Positions 49,935 to 60,353 of a DNA stretch of 64,000 nucleotides are shown in pieces. The position numbers and the translations under genes were made by a program. Below the pieces are notes generated by a model. The model ran no database searches and was not told where the DNA came from. It was given only the letters and a program-made list of their open reading frames with translations. The stretch is from Elsinoe ampelina (lineage: Eukaryota): NCBI GenBank assembly GCA_010093995.1, contig ML992513.1, positions 1 through 64,000 of the forward strand, read 5' to 3'. Numbering within the stretch: position 1 is the stretch's first letter; every line of letters begins with the position of its first letter.

Positions 49935-51619
49935 AGACGAGGATCGTGCCACTGGCGTCGAGCCGGGGGCTCGATAACAGCAACATCATCCGTGGCTAAC
50001 AAGAGCTGAAGCTTCCCAAGCTTACAAGAGTCTTGGTGCTGTTGCTCAGAGCTCGATGCGAACCCCCCAGCATGGGGACAACAGAGACTGAGGGGGCGAC
50101 GAGAATCTCACGACTACTTGCCGTGGGTCTTGACGATTGTTCTCCAAAGCCAGCAGCAAGAACGTGGTCAATACCTCAGCACTTCGGCGCTCATAATTGC
50201 GTTGGTATGCACGGTTTCTCCGAGGAGAGATTGAGCTTTGTTCTCCACCGACGAATGCGAGCGCCCAAAATTGCAACTTCATGCACGAGCAAGCCAAGAG
50301 GCGACTACTGGATGGTTGCTCAGCATGCAAGCCAGCATTCCTGTTTGCGTACAGCATTTACCGTTTCGGTCGAGCTTGGGCCGATCTCATGCACGAGGTA
50401 GCTCTACGATTATTGCCTACTGCGTGCGGGACGTTGTGTGCGGCTGAGGGCGACGCGAGGAGGGCTTCCTGGGCCAGCCATAGCGGAAACTCTAGCGTGA
50501 CCACCTGCATAAGTAGCGTGGGCAAGCTGGAGCACGATCTTGGCGGGTGGGGGGCACTTTGCCGTCGATCAATCAAAGCCATTCTTGTTACTTGAGAATC
50601 TGGTCGCTCCGCTGCCTCCGCATCGAGTCACTGGATTGCCGCTCATGACCGGGGTATCGGGACGAGGAAGAGGTGGAGTCTCCACTGCTCTGCGGGTTAG
50701 CCCCCACACACACCGAGATGTGCCAAGACGAAAACGTTACTCCATGAGATGGACATCAGTCGCGTACTCAGCCTTTCTACTCCCAAACATATGATGAGAT
50801 TCCTGGGCCGTTGCTGCCGCCGGCTGGTGTCGGTGCCCTGTCTCGGACATCCTCATCATTGTCGCTCGTCAGGTGATGCTCTCTCCTTCTTGTGAGTAGC
50901 ATACGCTTATTCAGTCTTCATTGTTCTGTCCTGTTCGGAACTTTGGCAACATCCTAGACTTTGCTTTCCAGCATGTCTAGCGCACCGACGATGATGGTCC
51001 AGGCTCCTTGTGCCGCTATTTCCGTTCCCGCGAGATATGCAAGGCAAAAGTCCACTGCAGAAAGAAGACTTAGCCCGTCACCTGAGCACAAGTGGCTTGC
51101 GTCGTTCTGCTGCTTTACAGTTGTCTAATTGGGTCTGGCCTTACTGTCACGGTCAAGAATGTCCGGCGATCACAGTTCCTGGGGGGATTCGCAAAGTACT
51201 GCTCGTGACATCTGCTTGGGACCACACAGGACAAAGCAGCTGTTTCCTGGAGACTGGAGTTACATATGGTGCATGTCGAGACCAGGCTACATACTCGGTC
51301 CAGTTTTCCGCCGGGGTCCTGGCATGCCTGCAACTATGGACGTCCTGGACAGATCACTATCTCGGAGGGCCCATCAGGTGGGCGCTCCGTGGTCACCCGG
51401 CCATTCAGATACTAGCTCAAGCCATAGCTTTTTGTTATGCAGTGCCAGGAAGGCCAGAACACTGAAACGAGAAGCCACGCATGGAGCGAATTTCCCGACG
51501 CTGCAGCCATCTTGTGACCTCGCAAGCCTTCATTTCATGCGGCTTCGCTTAGGCAATCAATGGAGTGGTGTGCTGCCGCATGGAGGGTACGGCCTGCTCT
51601 TGATATGGTGTGCAAAGAG

Positions 51620-51628
51620 CATAAATAC
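51620..51628 (+). promoter_or_regulatory. TATA-like element (CATAAATAC) upstream of the secreted protein gene
   Basis: ~115 bp upstream of ATG 51736, followed by a CT-rich leader. Confidence 0.4.
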
Positions 51629-51735
51629 AGCTCGGATCTCCGCTGCGTAGACCTTTCTCTACATCAGACCTCCTCATCTATTCCTTTGGCATCCCAGCTC
51701 GACTACACTCTTCATCATCATCCTCCTTGGCTACT

Positions 51736-52548
51736 ATGGTGACCAAAGTCAACGTATCGTCCCTTGTGGTCGCTCTACTTCCGCTCGTTCATGCTACCGT
51801 GAACTTCAATAATGACTATCCAGGCTTTCAGGGCGTCGAGCCGAGGCAGGCCTTCAACATCATCCCTGGAGGGGGCAACCCCCTTCAGATTTGGGGCAAC
51901 ATGCTTGGTGCAGGCAATTATCCCGCCAGCGACTGGAATGATTGGCAGGCCTCAGCCAGATGCAACGTCCGTACCTCAAGCGGAGGCTCCGCCGCAGCCA
52001 CCGGCGAGGTCTGTACCACTGCTGCCATAGTCCAATCCATCTCCACCGCCGTACGTCAAGCCTCTTCTCAGACCGACAACAACGCCGCCCAAATTCGCTT
52101 CATCGGTCCCATAAACAACTTCTGGAACTACTACCGTGAGGACCGCGGCCAAGGTCCATCATGCCCGACATGTCCCGGCCCAAATGCCGACCAGACCTGT
52201 TCCGCCTGGCAGCGCGACTGGCTGTTCAACAGTGGGTACAGCTTCTCGTGGCCCAACAAGCAAATCAAGGTGACATGCAAGAAGAGTTGCGCAGCCACGA
52301 ACATCGACCAGACCAATCTTGAGAACATCCTGGCTCTTCTTCCGAGGAGGGTTCAACTCGCCGGCGCCATGGGGGCCAACTTCTTCTTCCGGAGGGATTA
52401 TTCGAATGAAGTGGTCGGTCGTTGCAGGCTCACGATTCTGGGCGATGCGACCTATCTCGGTGGACAGGACTGGCGTAACACTGGCAATTCATGCCCCGAC
52501 TTGGTCTACGGTGGCGAGACGCCTGGGAACTGCTTTCATTATGGCTAG
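51736..52548 (+). CDS. Secreted cysteine-rich protein (270 aa, 10 Cys); effector/toxin candidate
   Basis: Signal-peptide-like MVTKVNVSSLVVALLPLVHA; intronless ORF with strong C-ending codon bias; no family recognised. Confidence 0.85.
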   Translation: MVTKVNVSSLVVALLPLVHATVNFNNDYPGFQGVEPRQAFNIIPGGGNPLQIWGNMLGAGNYPASDWNDWQASARCNVRTSSGGSAAATGEVCTTAAIVQSISTAVRQASSQTDNNAAQIRFIGPINNFWNYYREDRGQGPSCPTCPGPNADQTCSAWQRDWLFNSGYSFSWPNKQIKVTCKKSCAATNIDQTNLENILALLPRRVQLAGAMGANFFFRRDYSNEVVGRCRLTILGDATYLGGQDWRNTGNSCPDLVYGGETPGNCFHYG

Positions 52549-53053
52549 ACGGTAGCGCCATGCTTCCGGCTTGAACTTGCATGGGCAGGCACCCAGCCCC
52601 ATAAGCATGACTGTTCTGCTTTCCGTCCCGCACAACAGGCTCACGGTCTCTTTCGCTATCCTCTTAGTCTTTGCTCCTGCTTGGCATACCTCAGTACATT
52701 ACGTTCTTACACACGCAGCTGCTTCGCACATAGTCAATCTGATCTTCTGCACCAAACCGCCTATCCCGATATCAGTGTCCATGATGTTGTTGCCCTTTCT
52801 GTGACATAAGCTGCCTGCTTCCATTGCCTACAACTCGGCGGCACGTGCCTGTCATGCCCAGCGAGCATGTCCAACCCGACCTTCTCTCCGCCTTGCACGG
52901 GTACAAGTACCGACAAACTCATGGTACGTGATCCGCATTCGAAGTTGACCGGAAAACGACGACAGGACAATCCAGACACCAGATCCCGTGCTTATCGAAG
53001 AAAATCAAGTGCCCAAGACCCTCGTATGCGATCTTGAATCGGCCATCTAATGG

Positions 53054-54832
53054 CTAGGGAATGTTGAAATAAGTCGCCATCTCGTCCTCCAACGGTATCA
53101 GCACCTCCTGCTCCACCGTCCGGGCAAAATCCTGGTCTTTCAGATCCGCTCCCGGCTCCATGAGACATTTCAGGCAGAACTTGATGGCGTGGCTAAAGCC
53201 CTTCGAGACTTGATCATGATGTTCTTGCCAGTATTTCTGGGCATTGAGACATCTCGTCATGATCGACAGCTGATCCTGGGGTCCGCTGGCAGAGGTAGTA
53301 GTGTTTGGGTCGTCGAGGGAGCGACGTTCGTAGATCTCAAGCAGAATAACGCCGAGAATAGCGATGCGAAAGTTGTCGTTGAGGTTACTCGCGGGTCGAA
53401 GACCTACTTGCGTAGAGCTGTGCTCATGGCTGAGGTAGGGGTGCTTGATGTCGACCTGTTCTGTATTGAGAGCAGAACCTTGCTTGGCCCTCAAGAATAG
53501 CAAGTCAGCTTTGCTGAGTGTCTCGCTCAGCCATGAAGTATGGCTCAGCTGGAGTAGCGTGGCAGTCAATGTAATGGCCAAGTGATATCTGTCCTGAAAT
53601 CCGAGTTCGTTTGGCCGGCTTTGTAGAATGTCCTCTAGGCTCACATTCTGCTTTGTGTATTGTATGGCACGCTGGGCGTTGTAGGCCCCTCGCAGCCGCC
53701 CTTGATCATCCACGCAGAACCCAACGCAAGGGTGGCAGGCGCTCTGTAGCTGTGAGCAAATATCATCAACTATTTGTAGTTGTGCGACGTTGTGGTATGG
53801 TAGAGTGTTCGATAGCGGAGACATCGAAGGTACCGCGGTGATTTTGACCTTTACTTTTGAACTGGACTGCGTCAATATTGATTTCCTTTTATCTGTAGCT
53901 TCCGAAACTCACTTTTGTGCAGGCAATTGATCGAGCTCTGGTGGTAATCGCACCTCGACATCGAGCCACTTATCAGCACTGAGGTTCGCGGCATGGCGGA
54001 TTGACATGCCAAAACAGCAAGGATCACAATTGGTCGATTGGAAAGTCGCCCCTCTGCCTCGAGGCTGCTTTCTGGGTCCTTTTGTAGCAAGACGTTGCTC
54101 GAGTAGGAGCCCAGTAGCGTGACTGTTATGGAGTGTACAATAGTTATCGGACAAAACACTGTACAGCTTCTCGGCGTTCGCGCGGATGATATCAGCCCCC
54201 ATCATAAGCCGAGACTTGCTAGGTGTACGATACTCAGTTGTTGCTTCTACGAGCTTGTCGGCTTTGCTCTGAATCTTGTCAAGCATGTCGATGTCTCTCT
54301 CTAGTCTTTGCGTAGCTTGCTGGATCCTGTCTTTGGACATGGTGAACTTCAAGCGGTTGGAAAACACAAAATCAACCTGGGCATTATTTGCTCGCTTTGT
54401 AGTCTGCCGTTCGATGATGGCTTTCAGACCGACTTTGGTCAGGTCGTCCGCACCAGAGAGACCATCGAGTTTCGCTGCGATCTCGATCATTTGCTGCTGT
54501 ATGTTTACCATTGTGCTCCTGTATTGCGGGTATGCGTTCCCGAGACGTTCACGAAGGCCATCTTCAATTCCTTGATCAGACCAGTGACGGCAGCTTGCAT
54601 CGTGTAGCATTTCGTCGAGCTGCCCGTTCGAGGTCACCGGCAACAGGAGCAGCCTGATCGTGTATTCAAAGGAAGCATATTGTGCATGGAGAGATACGAT
54701 AGCATTTGCGAGATGTTGTCCAAAATGCCGGAATGTCCTGCGTTTGTCATTGATGGCTTCGTAGTGCTCCAGGGCCGAGATGATTAGTGGTATGGCGCCA
54801 AACACGACTCCTACGACCTCCAGTCCAGACAT
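53054..54832 (-). CDS. HeLo-like N-terminal helical domain plus degenerate kinase-like C-terminal domain; intron 53912-53862
   Basis: MSGLEVVGVVFGAIPLIISALEHY N-terminal helix; C-terminal RYHLAITL..LLQL..SWL, HPYL, LGVILLEI, AIKFCL, VLIPLE. The intron joins the two track ORFs in frame. Confidence 0.75.
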
Positions 54833-55095
54833 CGCAACAGCAGCCCCCACGGAACAGAAAAGACATGTAGAAGAGAGAATCACCAGAGCTGAGGTCGCAC
54901 AAGTTGAAGACCGGAGGTCCTCGAGCTGATTTGTCAGCCGCATCCAATCAGGCGCTGTGGCGTCTTGTCCTGCATATTCGCGCTGGAGACCTGATCGAAC
55001 TGTCGGCTCGATCAGCTTATTATAAGACTCCTACAGTCCGACGACAGTTGACTATAACTGACACTGATGTCCCGTCGACCTGGCCTTTCGTGACG

Positions 55096-58000
55096 ATGGC
55101 CGCGAGTATTGCTCAGAAGGCGAAAGCTTGCCTCATTGCCCTCAACGATGTGTCGGCTGCATTGCAGAGCGATGTCGGCTCAGCCGTTCACATAGCTGAT
55201 TGCCTCAGTCAAGACGACCTCGTATGGGAGACCGAGAGATTCAAGATATGGTGCGGTAACCTGGGAGCCCTTCAAGCTGGCCCGAGCTCGTTGGACGCCA
55301 GACTTCGCGATTCTGTCGTCACCACATCCAGCATCTTGTCACTACTGGCTCGACTGCTACAGACTTTATCGGATTGCTTCGATATTGTGACGGGGGTACG
55401 ACTTCCATTCGACCAAGATGTTGATGACGATGAGTCGGATGGGGAGACATCCAGCACGGATGAGGGCGAGGCGCCGGCAGCGTCTGAACAGCCGAAAGAG
55501 CTCGCTCTTCACGCACAGTCCATCAAGCAGATCATCAGCGATCTGTACAAGATCTCATTCAGGATCAGAAATTCATCACAAAGAGCGGCGAATAATACAA
55601 GGCATCTTTCGTACCAAGAGCCGGACCATGAGACCAATATCGACCTGTTGACCGCCTTCTCGTTCTTTGACAGACAGCATGTGTTGGAATTCCTCGCACA
55701 GCTCCGTCGGAATACGTCTCAATCTATCCCTTCAAGCAAGTTGAAAGGCATGGCTGAGCCTCTGGGCGCGACTCTCATCGGTTACGACGACTTTTTCGTA
55801 GACAGGCTCGCTGCTACATTGGGCCGAAGGAGGCGGCTGCTTCGTTACTGGCGGCGACATGCTCGGAAGCTCGCAGGACCAGAGCCGGTCACTCGACGGG
55901 AAGCAAAGCCTGAAGTCAGGATCATTCCTGACCAATCCAAGCATGGCGAGCAGACACAAGCGCCAGTACCACAGCTTGCTTCACGATCGATGCACGAAGC
56001 AAGCGTTGCACGCAAAACGATCTTCTCCGGTACTGAAGCAACCAAATTCGTCGAAGATCTGGACGCCCCGGTGGAAGCTCAGTCCGTCTTGTCTTATGCC
56101 TCATCAGCATTTGCGGTAGATGATGATGGCGTGCTGTTACCGAAGCCCCCGAAAACGGATCTGCGTGCTACAGAGTTCCTTTGCCCGTATTGTGGAATCA
56201 CATGCCCGATTCGACAGGCCAAAGGGAAGGCTTGGAAAGCGCACGTAATACAAGATATCCAGCCATACGTATGCACCTACAAGGACTGCAAAACAGGCGA
56301 CCAAATCTACGGCAGTTCCAAGGCTTGGCTCGAGCACGAGCGGCTGACACATAGGCGAGTCTGGCAATGTTTCGAACATCGAGAGCCTCAGTACACTTCG
56401 GCTTTGGGCTTGACGAAGCACCTGCAAAAGAACCACGAGCAACTATCGGCAGAACAGGCGCAAACGCTTGTCAACATGTCAGAATCTACGCTGCGAGATG
56501 AGAGGACTACTTGCCCCTTTTGTCTCCAAGATATCGGGGCTTCCGCCAATGCGAGCAAGCACATCGCTCGCCACATGCTAGCCATAGCCACGTTCTCGGT
56601 GCCTCCGGACATTACTCATGCTGAAGAAGTCGAAGAGGGAGAGGGGCTGTCCGGACTGGCCCAGCAACTCTCTGACCGGTCGTCGGAAGTATCCACCCTG
56701 GATCCTTCGCTGGAAGATTTCCAAATTCTGTGGATGTGCATGTCAAGGCAAGTCTACGACGCCGCCATCGCGCTTCTCGATCACAAGTTTCTCAGAGATG
56801 AAATCGAACATCAAGATCATGGTTGCAGGTGGACGTTCGGTCTGGTGAGCGGCCGATACGTGCTTGTAGCCGGTCCACTACTGCTGCTGAATGGCGACGA
56901 CTGGCGAGACGCCCTCGACTTCCGCGACATGGCGAGCCGTTTGACGAATCTCACCGTTATACTTTCTCTGGGTACCGGCAGTGGTGTCCCGAACAGCGAA
57001 TCTGGTGTTCGATTAGGTGATGTGGTAGTTTCCTTCCCTACGAGGAGATCGAGCGGTATCACGCGTTACGACGTGGCAGACGATAATCCATTCCCCAGCG
57101 CTCCCATGTCACTACAACGCGCTGTCGAAAGCATTCGTCTCTCGGAGTCTACAGTCCCATCATTCTTCCATACTTATGCGGACCATGTGGCGCCTGCAGA
57201 GGAGAAATGGCGACGGCCGCACTCCAAAACGGATACTTCATATGATGAGACATCTCCTATAGTCTATCGAAGTAGATCCAACATCGAAGTGCATCATGGT
57301 CTCATCGGAAGTGCGGTGGCATTGCTAGAAGACCATGGAGAGCGAGACAGACTGCATATGGATCAAGCCATCATCTGTTTCGAAACAGGCCTTGCATCCC
57401 TTGATGCCTCTTGGCCTTTGCTTGCTATAATGGGAATATCCGACTACTGTGATCCTCGTGACACGAGAATATGGCAGCCCTATGCGGCTCTCGCTGCGGC
57501 AGCGTATGCAAAGCTTCTGGTTCAGCACCTTGACGTGGAGCATAGCGAACCAAGGAGCACTCTTGGCACTGCTGCGCAAGCGGTAATGCCGGCCGGTGCC
57601 CGTAACGATGATGCCCTTGGAAACATGTCTGAATATGAAAGCTACGGTCAAGTATCTAGGAACTTATTGGCTAGCTTCAACAAGCAGCAAGCTACGCAGA
57701 TCACCTCAATGGCAAGTCGGGGGTCATCGCTGCCTGTAGCCTCTCCGGAAGATGGCGGTGACGACGAACTACGTGCCTGTTATCGCTCATTCCTCAGAAC
57801 CCCATATGAGCACCGTAAGAACCAACATACTGATTGGTCTGGCATTGGAGGCGAGTGGCTTTTGAAACACGAACCATTCGTTGAATGGGTCGAAGGAACG
57901 GCATCGAGGATGCTACTTGCTACTCGAGGAGCAGGGACAGGAAAATCAACACTTGCGCGCTTCCTCGTTGACGAAGAGCTTCCACGACTCGCCCCAGATA

Positions 58001-59766
58001 GCGCGATCTGCTACTACTTTTTCAGTTATAGAGACCAGCACAACTCTGTCAAATTTGTGCTTAGCGCACTGTTGCATCAGCTGTTTCGACATTCACAGGC
58101 GCTCTGCGAATGCGCTCTCCCGGCTTGGAAAATTTCAGCTCCGTCGCCCATCGAAGACCCCAAAGTCTTGTGGAGCATCTTTTCCGCCGTGCTTAAACGT
58201 CCGGATTGTCCGCCAATACTCTGTGTTCTGGACGGCATAGACGAGTGCGGTACAGCTGAGTCTGCAAACCCGCTAGACGGACTGTTCGATTTCCTCGGTC
58301 ATTTGGACAGCATGAAGGATGACGAAAGCACAAGGTGCAACATTCTACTGCTATGCCGCCCAGAGCCCCGTATCTTGATTCGTTTCAACGCCCTAGCCGG
58401 AGAATATCATTTGGCATGGTCAGATCGCCCTGAGGTAAAAGATCAGGACATGTATAGCCTAGCTGGTAAGGTGTCCAAGCTCTGCAATCCAATATCGATC
58501 CCGATCCAAGAACAGATCCATCTTGCGGAAGATTTGGCAACTTCTCCAGATTTTCAGCGGGCTAAGGTCTGGTTGGACTTCGCCATCAACAAATTGCCTC
58601 CAATGCAAGAGGCTCCTGAAGGACTGTCCGAAAGTCAATGTCGATTCTTTGACGAGGCCTTCCGATGCAGCACTATGAACAAGGCATCTCAAGACGCTTT
58701 CGAAAGGATCCATATCATGCTGGAGATTCTGTTGGCCGCCGGAGGTTCCCTCTCGTTAGGCGATCTTTACGTTGCAATGGAAATCTGCATAGAGCCCAAG
58801 GCGTCGAGTCTGCATGATTGCAAACCCGACGGTCTACTGCGGCCCCTGGAGTCATGTGAGCCTTTCGTCCTTGAAGACGAAGAACAAATAGTAAGGCTGT
58901 ACCATCCCATGATGCAAGCATACCTCGCCGACCCACACCTCAAGAATTCCGGGCTATCAAGATGGTACATCGACTTCTCAGACGTCTACAAGACCGGTGT
59001 CTTCCTGCTCATCAAATTCATGCTCTTCTATGAAGAGCAACACAAACTACAGTATCACTTTGGCACAGTTTACCGCGCGATTGCCAACAGGCTCCAGGAG
59101 CAAAAACATGTGCCCACTTCCGCATTGGCTCTTCACAACCTGTACGAAAGACTTTTTCCAAAGCTGGAATGGATCCGGCGACATGGTTGGACAGCCGATG
59201 AAATCCTGGCCGGCGTTCCACGTAGCCACTCGTTGCACGTAGCCCAGCTGCAAATAGCACTAGAAATGCAACGCAATCCCGACTTCTTCGAAGGATGCTG
59301 GGACGCTTTGGTGGTCAAGTTGACGGCCACTGTTGAGCTCGAACGTGGAATGTCGGAACCGGAACGGGGGAGACTCGTAATGGACGACCTTGATGCAGAT
59401 GTGACGGTCTCAGAAGACCAAGGAGCTGTCAATGCGATAGCCGGCATCGACCAACGATCTCGAATTCCAGATCCCAACGACCTTCAATACCCCATCAGTA
59501 AACTTTCACTGGAGGAGGATGTCACAGGACCTCGGCCTTCGAGATACAATCGCTCGAGTCGGCAGATGTCTCGACATCTTCTCCAAGATCAGGGAGATTC
59601 TTCAAGTGTCTCTTCGCGTAGGGTAATAGGCGTGCAGCCGGACTTCTCGGGGGAGGATCACCTGTTCGAGCGACAAAATGCATACAGCAACGATTGGGAC
59701 GTTGGACCGGAAGTCCCGGGCATCAACAAATTATTTCACCGAACGCATAGGAGAATGTCACATTAA
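55096..59766 (+). CDS. NLR-like STAND protein: helical N-domain, C2H2 zinc fingers, PNP_UDP-like domain, NACHT; no C-terminal repeats
   Basis: ERFKIWCGNLGA..SLDARL; CPYC..H, CTYKDC..HERLTH, CPFC..HIARH; GTGSGVP..VRLGDVVV..GISDYCD..WQPYAA; Walker A GAGTGKST, Walker B VLDGIDEC. Intronless. Confidence 0.85.
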   Translation: MAASIAQKAKACLIALNDVSAALQSDVGSAVHIADCLSQDDLVWETERFKIWCGNLGALQAGPSSLDARLRDSVVTTSSILSLLARLLQTLSDCFDIVTGVRLPFDQDVDDDESDGETSSTDEGEAPAASEQPKELALHAQSIKQIISDLYKISFRIRNSSQRAANNTRHLSYQEPDHETNIDLLTAFSFFDRQHVLEFLAQLRRNTSQSIPSSKLKGMAEPLGATLIGYDDFFVDRLAATLGRRRRLLRYWRRHARKLAGPEPVTRREAKPEVRIIPDQSKHGEQTQAPVPQLASRSMHEASVARKTIFSGTEATKFVEDLDAPVEAQSVLSYASSAFAVDDDGVLLPKPPKTDLRATEFLCPYCGITCPIRQAKGKAWKAHVIQDIQPYVCTYKDCKTGDQIYGSSKAWLEHERLTHRRVWQCFEHREPQYTSALGLTKHLQKNHEQLSAEQAQTLVNMSESTLRDERTTCPFCLQDIGASANASKHIARHMLAIATFSVPPDITHAEEVEEGEGLSGLAQQLSDRSSEVSTLDPSLEDFQILWMCMSRQVYDAAIALLDHKFLRDEIEHQDHGCRWTFGLVSGRYVLVAGPLLLLNGDDWRDALDFRDMASRLTNLTVILSLGTGSGVPNSESGVRLGDVVVSFPTRRSSGITRYDVADDNPFPSAPMSLQRAVESIRLSESTVPSFFHTYADHVAPAEEKWRRPHSKTDTSYDETSPIVYRSRSNIEVHHGLIGSAVALLEDHGERDRLHMDQAIICFETGLASLDASWPLLAIMGISDYCDPRDTRIWQPYAALAAAAYAKLLVQHLDVEHSEPRSTLGTAAQAVMPAGARNDDALGNMSEYESYGQVSRNLLASFNKQQATQITSMASRGSSLPVASPEDGGDDELRACYRSFLRTPYEHRKNQHTDWSGIGGEWLLKHEPFVEWVEGTASRMLLATRGAGTGKSTLARFLVDEELPRLAPDSAICYYFFSYRDQHNSVKFVLSALLHQLFRHSQALCECALPAWKISAPSPIEDPKVLWSIFSAVLKRPDCPPILCVLDGIDECGTAESANPLDGLFDFLGHLDSMKDDESTRCNILLLCRPEPRILIRFNALAGEYHLAWSDRPEVKDQDMYSLAGKVSKLCNPISIPIQEQIHLAEDLATSPDFQRAKVWLDFAINKLPPMQEAPEGLSESQCRFFDEAFRCSTMNKASQDAFERIHIMLEILLAAGGSLSLGDLYVAMEICIEPKASSLHDCKPDGLLRPLESCEPFVLEDEEQIVRLYHPMMQAYLADPHLKNSGLSRWYIDFSDVYKTGVFLLIKFMLFYEEQHKLQYHFGTVYRAIANRLQEQKHVPTSALALHNLYERLFPKLEWIRRHGWTADEILAGVPRSHSLHVAQLQIALEMQRNPDFFEGCWDALVVKLTATVELERGMSEPERGRLVMDDLDADVTVSEDQGAVNAIAGIDQRSRIPDPNDLQYPISKLSLEEDVTGPRPSRYNRSSRQMSRHLLQDQGDSSSVSSRRVIGVQPDFSGEDHLFERQNAYSNDWDVGPEVPGINKLFHRTHRRMSH

Positions 59767-60353
59767 CCCCGAGTTGCGACATCTGAAATTTGTAGTCTGG
59801 CGCAGCAACAGGGTCAAGGCACAAATAGAAAAAAAAACTCACAATCAGGAGGATATCAGAAGGATGAATACATTATCTCCCCCACTTGCCACCATCAGCC
59901 AGAAATGCCATGCGCAACTACAAACCACGATCCATCCAACGCCGCGCTACCCATGCCTCGAATGCCAAAACGCATTGCTTTTTATAAGCCGCCTTCCTCT
60001 TGATCGTCATCCAGCGAGAAGCTCAGTAGAGCTGATTAGTGTACATTGCCTCCCTCTTCCCCTTCCATCTCCCTCTATAGCGTGACCCAGACCCGATCCT
60101 GCCCTTCGACAAAGGCACGCTCAGCCAGTCTATCTTGCTCAGTGGCTTAGCCTCGTTGCTCTATCCCCATATATGCCCTCGCGACCCAGTCCTCGCGTAT
60201 GTCCCGTCTGCGGGCCGATCCCATTCGGCCCCGGTCAAGCAGATGATCAAATCCTGCTTAAGATCCTCTCATCACCTGTCGACTACCTTCAAGAATCCTC
60301 AATCATAGCTGAAATGTCGAATATAGCACCACACACCCATCTCCCCGTCCAGA

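Noticed and set aside
50033..51650. Short ORFs upstream of the secreted protein gene
   Set aside because: Overlapping on both strands with no protein-like features; likely intergenic.
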